The notes below the pieces were generated by a model. The model saw only the letters and a list, made by a program, of their open reading frames with translations. It searched no databases and was not told the DNA's origin. Both the position numbers and the translations under genes were made by a program. From Botryllus schlosseri (taxonomy: Eukaryota), in the NCBI GenBank assembly GCA_051294905.1, contig CM119375.1:9114001-9178000 (forward strand): a stretch of 64,000 nucleotides of DNA, in the 5' to 3' direction. Of this stretch, positions 60,172 to 64,000 are shown piece by piece (positions within the stretch are counted from its first letter, which is position 1; each line of letters opens with the position of its first letter).

Positions 60172-61519
60172 TTGAATAGCGTAATTATGCGCTCTCGTAC
60201 GGAATATGATGCTACTATTTCAACTTCCTAGTGTCAGTATTGCGGGAATAGGTTACATTTCAACTTAGCACCCCGTTACGATATAGTTTAGATATTTGTT
60301 GCTGTAATCAATATTCACAATTTCAGTAGCAGCGTGAAGTGCAGCGTTTCGGAAAGAGCATGCCCAGATTACTCACATAGGGGTTGTTTAACATCGTAAT
60401 TATCTAATAACAGATGGCGTGCATGGAAAATATAGTAGACAGTTTTATGAAGGATCCTACCAGTGGTGTATCTAAAGGACAGCTGTCAGTTATTGGCTGC
60501 TATTAATGGTTCATTGTCGGTTTAATATAATTCTGTTTGTTCAATAATAGGCTAAATATGGCGCCTTCAGCATGTATTTAGGTTGTTTAGGATCATGCCT
60601 GCTATGACTGTTTCAACTTTTCCCCTTCGATTTATCTCTCGTCTTGCAAGTTACATGAGAGGTGTTTTGGGATGCAATTGCACACCTAACAAGTCTACTC
60701 CCGTAGTGTTCGATGCGGCGTTTTTATAATTGCAAACGCGAGCCGCGAAGTTGTTGTGGTGCCGGCAATGAACATCACCTAGCGAATTCGCTGTGCGCGA
60801 CATATAGCACGCTTCGAAATCTCAATTAAGGAATGCGCTTCGCGTTGATTGATCAGAGAGCAGACAAGGTGGCGCCGATATGACAATGGACTTTTCAACC
60901 CCCATTGTCTTCTGATCATCGGTGAGAAATGCACTCATTTGGAAGCGACATTCACATTTGAAATTCGGATTACAGACGCAGTGGTATGCCTACTTGGGTG
61001 TTCGCTATATCACCGGCGTTGCCGTTGAAATGTAGGCTTGTAACGCAATGCTATATTACCGCCAATGCCATCTCGAGAATTGAGTAGTAATGTTATCAAA
61101 TCGATGTCGGGTATCATTATTATCTGTAGGCAAATTGGTTAGGTCTGAGTGAATTGCGCGTGACTGCCAGTATAACATTCAAGGTCGGCTAACCTCGTGC
61201 GCGTTCTCATAGATAACGAAGCCTTGTTCACTTGCCCTGCGCGCTTATTAAGAATGCACGCACGTTATATTATTGGCGTTGGTAGATGGTCTTTAACGCA
61301 CCCGACCACCGTAAGACGCCTTAAAAACGAAATTAATAAATGAAACTGGATCCTTTTAGGCCTTTTACGTCTGTATGCGCCCTGACACCTACCACAAATG
61401 TGCAATGTGCATTTGTTCCTTAAGGCTGCTACCAGTATAATTATATCCCGCTTGTTCTCCCTTGGAGACTACACCTAACCTCTGACCAACTGTGAACCAT
61501 AGCGCCGCATGTAGCAACA

Positions 61520-61620
61520 TCAGAAATGCAACAGATATTCAGTAACATCGGATGAAGCATTGTGAGCCTGCCGTGTTGACAGTTTCAATCGAGAAGCTAG
61601 TATGTCCGATGGCACCTGGC
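61520..61620 (-). CDS. Probable terminal exon of the same minus-strand gene (QVPSDILASRLKLSTRQAHNASSDVTEYLLHF*)
   Basis: gtctctcactcag| acceptor, phase 1, TGA at 61522-61520. An upstream GTAAGT donor at 61727 defines an intron of about 107 nt. Confidence 0.45.
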
Positions 61621-62315
61621 CTGAGTGAGAGACAGTGTCACAGGAAGATTTAACTTGACCATATAGTTCTATTTATTTAAACTGTGCTGCTCCTGTAGAG
61701 TATATTTGCTTCAGCTGTAGAACTTACTGATTTTCATGGGCTGTAAAATGAATGCCTGTATCACAACTGCTGCCTCAATGCTGAACGATTGTAGCTTTGT
61801 GCATTGTCTCAACGCTTATCACACATAATAGGCGTGTGCATAGTGCAAATTGATTAGACATGCCTTCTGGGTCTTGATCAATACCTGACAGCTTTCCCCC
61901 TTTCGAGAACAGCAATCAGCTTTTACCACCTTCCAGGTCAATATAAGAACCATCGTCAGCATTAGTTATTGATTCACACCAGAGTAAACATCGGAATCGT
62001 ACAGGCGCGGCAGTTTGAAAATGGGGAAAATGTCTTTGAAAGTCAACAGCGTGAATTGATTTGTATTTTGTGTGCTTAGGGATGCGCCTTGTCGGATGAT
62101 TTTAATTCAAGTGTAAAATGTCTTGTTTCTACATCCGTGTTTTTATGAGATGATTTTGGCTTTGCTGGAGTGTAGTCATACGAAATTGACTTTGAAATCG
62201 CTGGATAATTGAAAAGCTAAGCCCGGTTTAACAGCGTTAACTAGATGATTTGGTTATTCGTCGGTGAGCTAAGTGAATGGCCTCTATAGAAAAGGGTAAT
62301 ACTGACTTGCCTTAC

Positions 62316-62509
62316 GGTATTGAACGCATTTCTTGCTGGCGGTAACAGAGGGATTTGTGTTTCGCTCGTGATGGATTTGTAGCTATCGATCAAACTATGT
62401 TCGGCTGTGAAAGAATCATGAAATATTAAGGCATGGCACCAGGCTGTAGCCTTTGCAATGTGGTTGGCATTGATCTTCAACAAATTTGAACCGGCAAGTA
62501 GCAGTTGAA
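62316..62509 (-). CDS. Internal exon of an unidentified minus-strand gene entering from the right edge
   Basis: ttgtatctcacag| acceptor and aatacc|GTAAGG donor; 64 open codons (QLLLAGSNLLKINANHIAKATAWCHALIFHDSF...ARNAFNT); CpG-poor context. Confidence 0.5.
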
Positions 62510-62997
62510 CTGTGAGATACAACAGCATGGAAGGAGTGACAATGTTTAGCAGAAAAGTGGAGGATTCAGCTTTCAGCGAGAGATAGTGCGTTTTTTGCAA
62601 TCAATGAGGGTCTTAAAATAGATTCATTAATACTCTTGAATTGCAATTGAACATTGGAACATTGTATGGAGTATGGCATATAAGTTATTAGCTGTCATGT
62701 AGCGATAGGTCCACTATAAACAAACTTTTAATCTCTTTGATCTTAACCCCAAGTGGTTAGTGATGACTCGAACCTGGTGTCTTATATTAGGTATTTTAGA
62801 CGAAATTTAAGTTCATGCTGCTTGACCTGTAGTCTTGCTCATATACGTAATTGTTATTGCTAGTGTTAGTTTATGATATTCTGATCTCAACATTCCCATT
62901 GCGTCTATTATGATAAAAGAATATAATTATGGGTTATTTGCATTGTGGTCAGTAACCAAGTACTTTTACTTTTTCGAAGTAAAGCAAAGTAGGCCCT

Positions 62998-63767
62998 GGG
63001 CCATTCCATACACAGACAACCGATGTTCACATCACTACCTCTTCAAATCTCCTGAAATTTGGTACACGTACAGATGAGCTAATTCCAAACAGGATGAACT
63101 TTATTTTATGAAAATTGGACCTTGGGGTCAGAAGTTACGTCACTTTGAAAATTGACAATTTTCTGCTCATTTCGGGTCTGCACATCTTTGGTTTTATCAA
63201 TGAAATATTCAAGAAGGTGTTGCTAGATGTCTACAAATGAAGTGTGCTCTTGAAACTGCAATTTCATCACTTAACAGTCTCAAAACCAAAATCAAATAGC
63301 TATGAACGAATTCTCCTTGAAGCAAACTTTCATTTAAGATCGTTTTTTTGAAAATATGTTGATATGTTTTTGAGCAATCCGCAGTCTAAATCGTGTAATG
63401 CCTGACTGATTTTAGATTTCCCCCCCAATTTAACCTTTGACCCTAACCTACAGGGTATTAAATTTCACTTGGAAATATAGACGATTAGACAAGCTTCAGA
63501 TAAATCCAAGTGCCGTATCTCAACTGTCATCCAACATCTAGCAACACCTTCTTGAATATTTCATTGATAAAACCTGAGAAGTGCAGACCCGAAATGAGCA
63601 GAAAATTGTCAATTTTCAAAGTGACGTAACTTTTGACCCCAAGGTCCAATTTTCATAAAATAAAGTTCATCCTGTTTAAAATTAGCTCATCTCTGTGTGT
63701 ACCAGATTTCAGGAGATTTGAAGAGGTAGTGATGTGAACATCAGTTGTCTGTGTATGGAATGGTCCC
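62998..63767. mobile_element. Foldback MITE, 770 bp, TIRs of about 230 bp, possible 3-bp TSD
   Basis: Left arm gggccattccatacacagacaaccgatgttcacatcactacctcttcaaatctcctg...gctagatg is near-identical to the inverse of 63536-63767; cct on both flanks. Confidence 0.92.
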
Positions 63768-64000
63768 CCTACCAGTCATGTCGGGTGGTAAGCATTCGTT
63801 TGGAAAGCATTGAAATATGTGACTTATGCGCAAATTACCAAATTTGCATTTCAAATTCAAATATATTTGCATACATTCATATACATTAATGAAGTATTTA
63901 TGCTTTTTCGGTTTTTTTCGACTACTTCTCCTTGAACATTTGTTTCAGGTAAAACTGCTTATTTTTTATGCTTTAAAATTTTTTTAAAGTAGAAAGTACA

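Noticed and set aside
50700-62300. Recurrent single in-frame stops suggesting a variant genetic code or readthrough
   Set aside because: The stops are of all three types, gremlin and the well-supported exons use the standard code, and alternative splice boundaries or chance explain them.

Overview
Eukaryotic (animal) genomic DNA, AT-rich, with short introns and many DNA-transposon derivatives. An invertebrate chordate such as a tunicate is my inference, not a proven assignment. The one firmly identifiable gene is a single-exon gremlin (DAN-family BMP antagonist) at 32194-32946 (-), with a well-spaced TATA + Inr core promoter. It sits in a large CpG-rich, gene-poor region (about 6.4-37.6 kb). 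A second, unrecognised multi-exon gene lies on + at about 53.3-60.2 kb (nine phase-compatible exons, about 494 aa). The 3' end of a probable third gene converges from the right edge (-, 61.5-62.5 kb). The interval 38.7-48.5 kb is one long-TIR element with a 7-bp TSD (P/Galileo-like by inference). It carries a five-level stack of nested insertions, including a decayed hAT transposase. At least ten other MITEs are resolved by TIRs, most with TSDs. At 5.1-5.3 kb there is a 130-bp templated fold-back insertion. I found no rRNA, tRNA or CRISPR. I see no convincing wholly new biological system; the best leads are the nested foldback stack, the templated hairpin insertion, gremlin's unusual N-terminus and 5' end, and an orphan gene with an internal myristoylation-type start. 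All coordinates and counts were done by eye, with no database searches.
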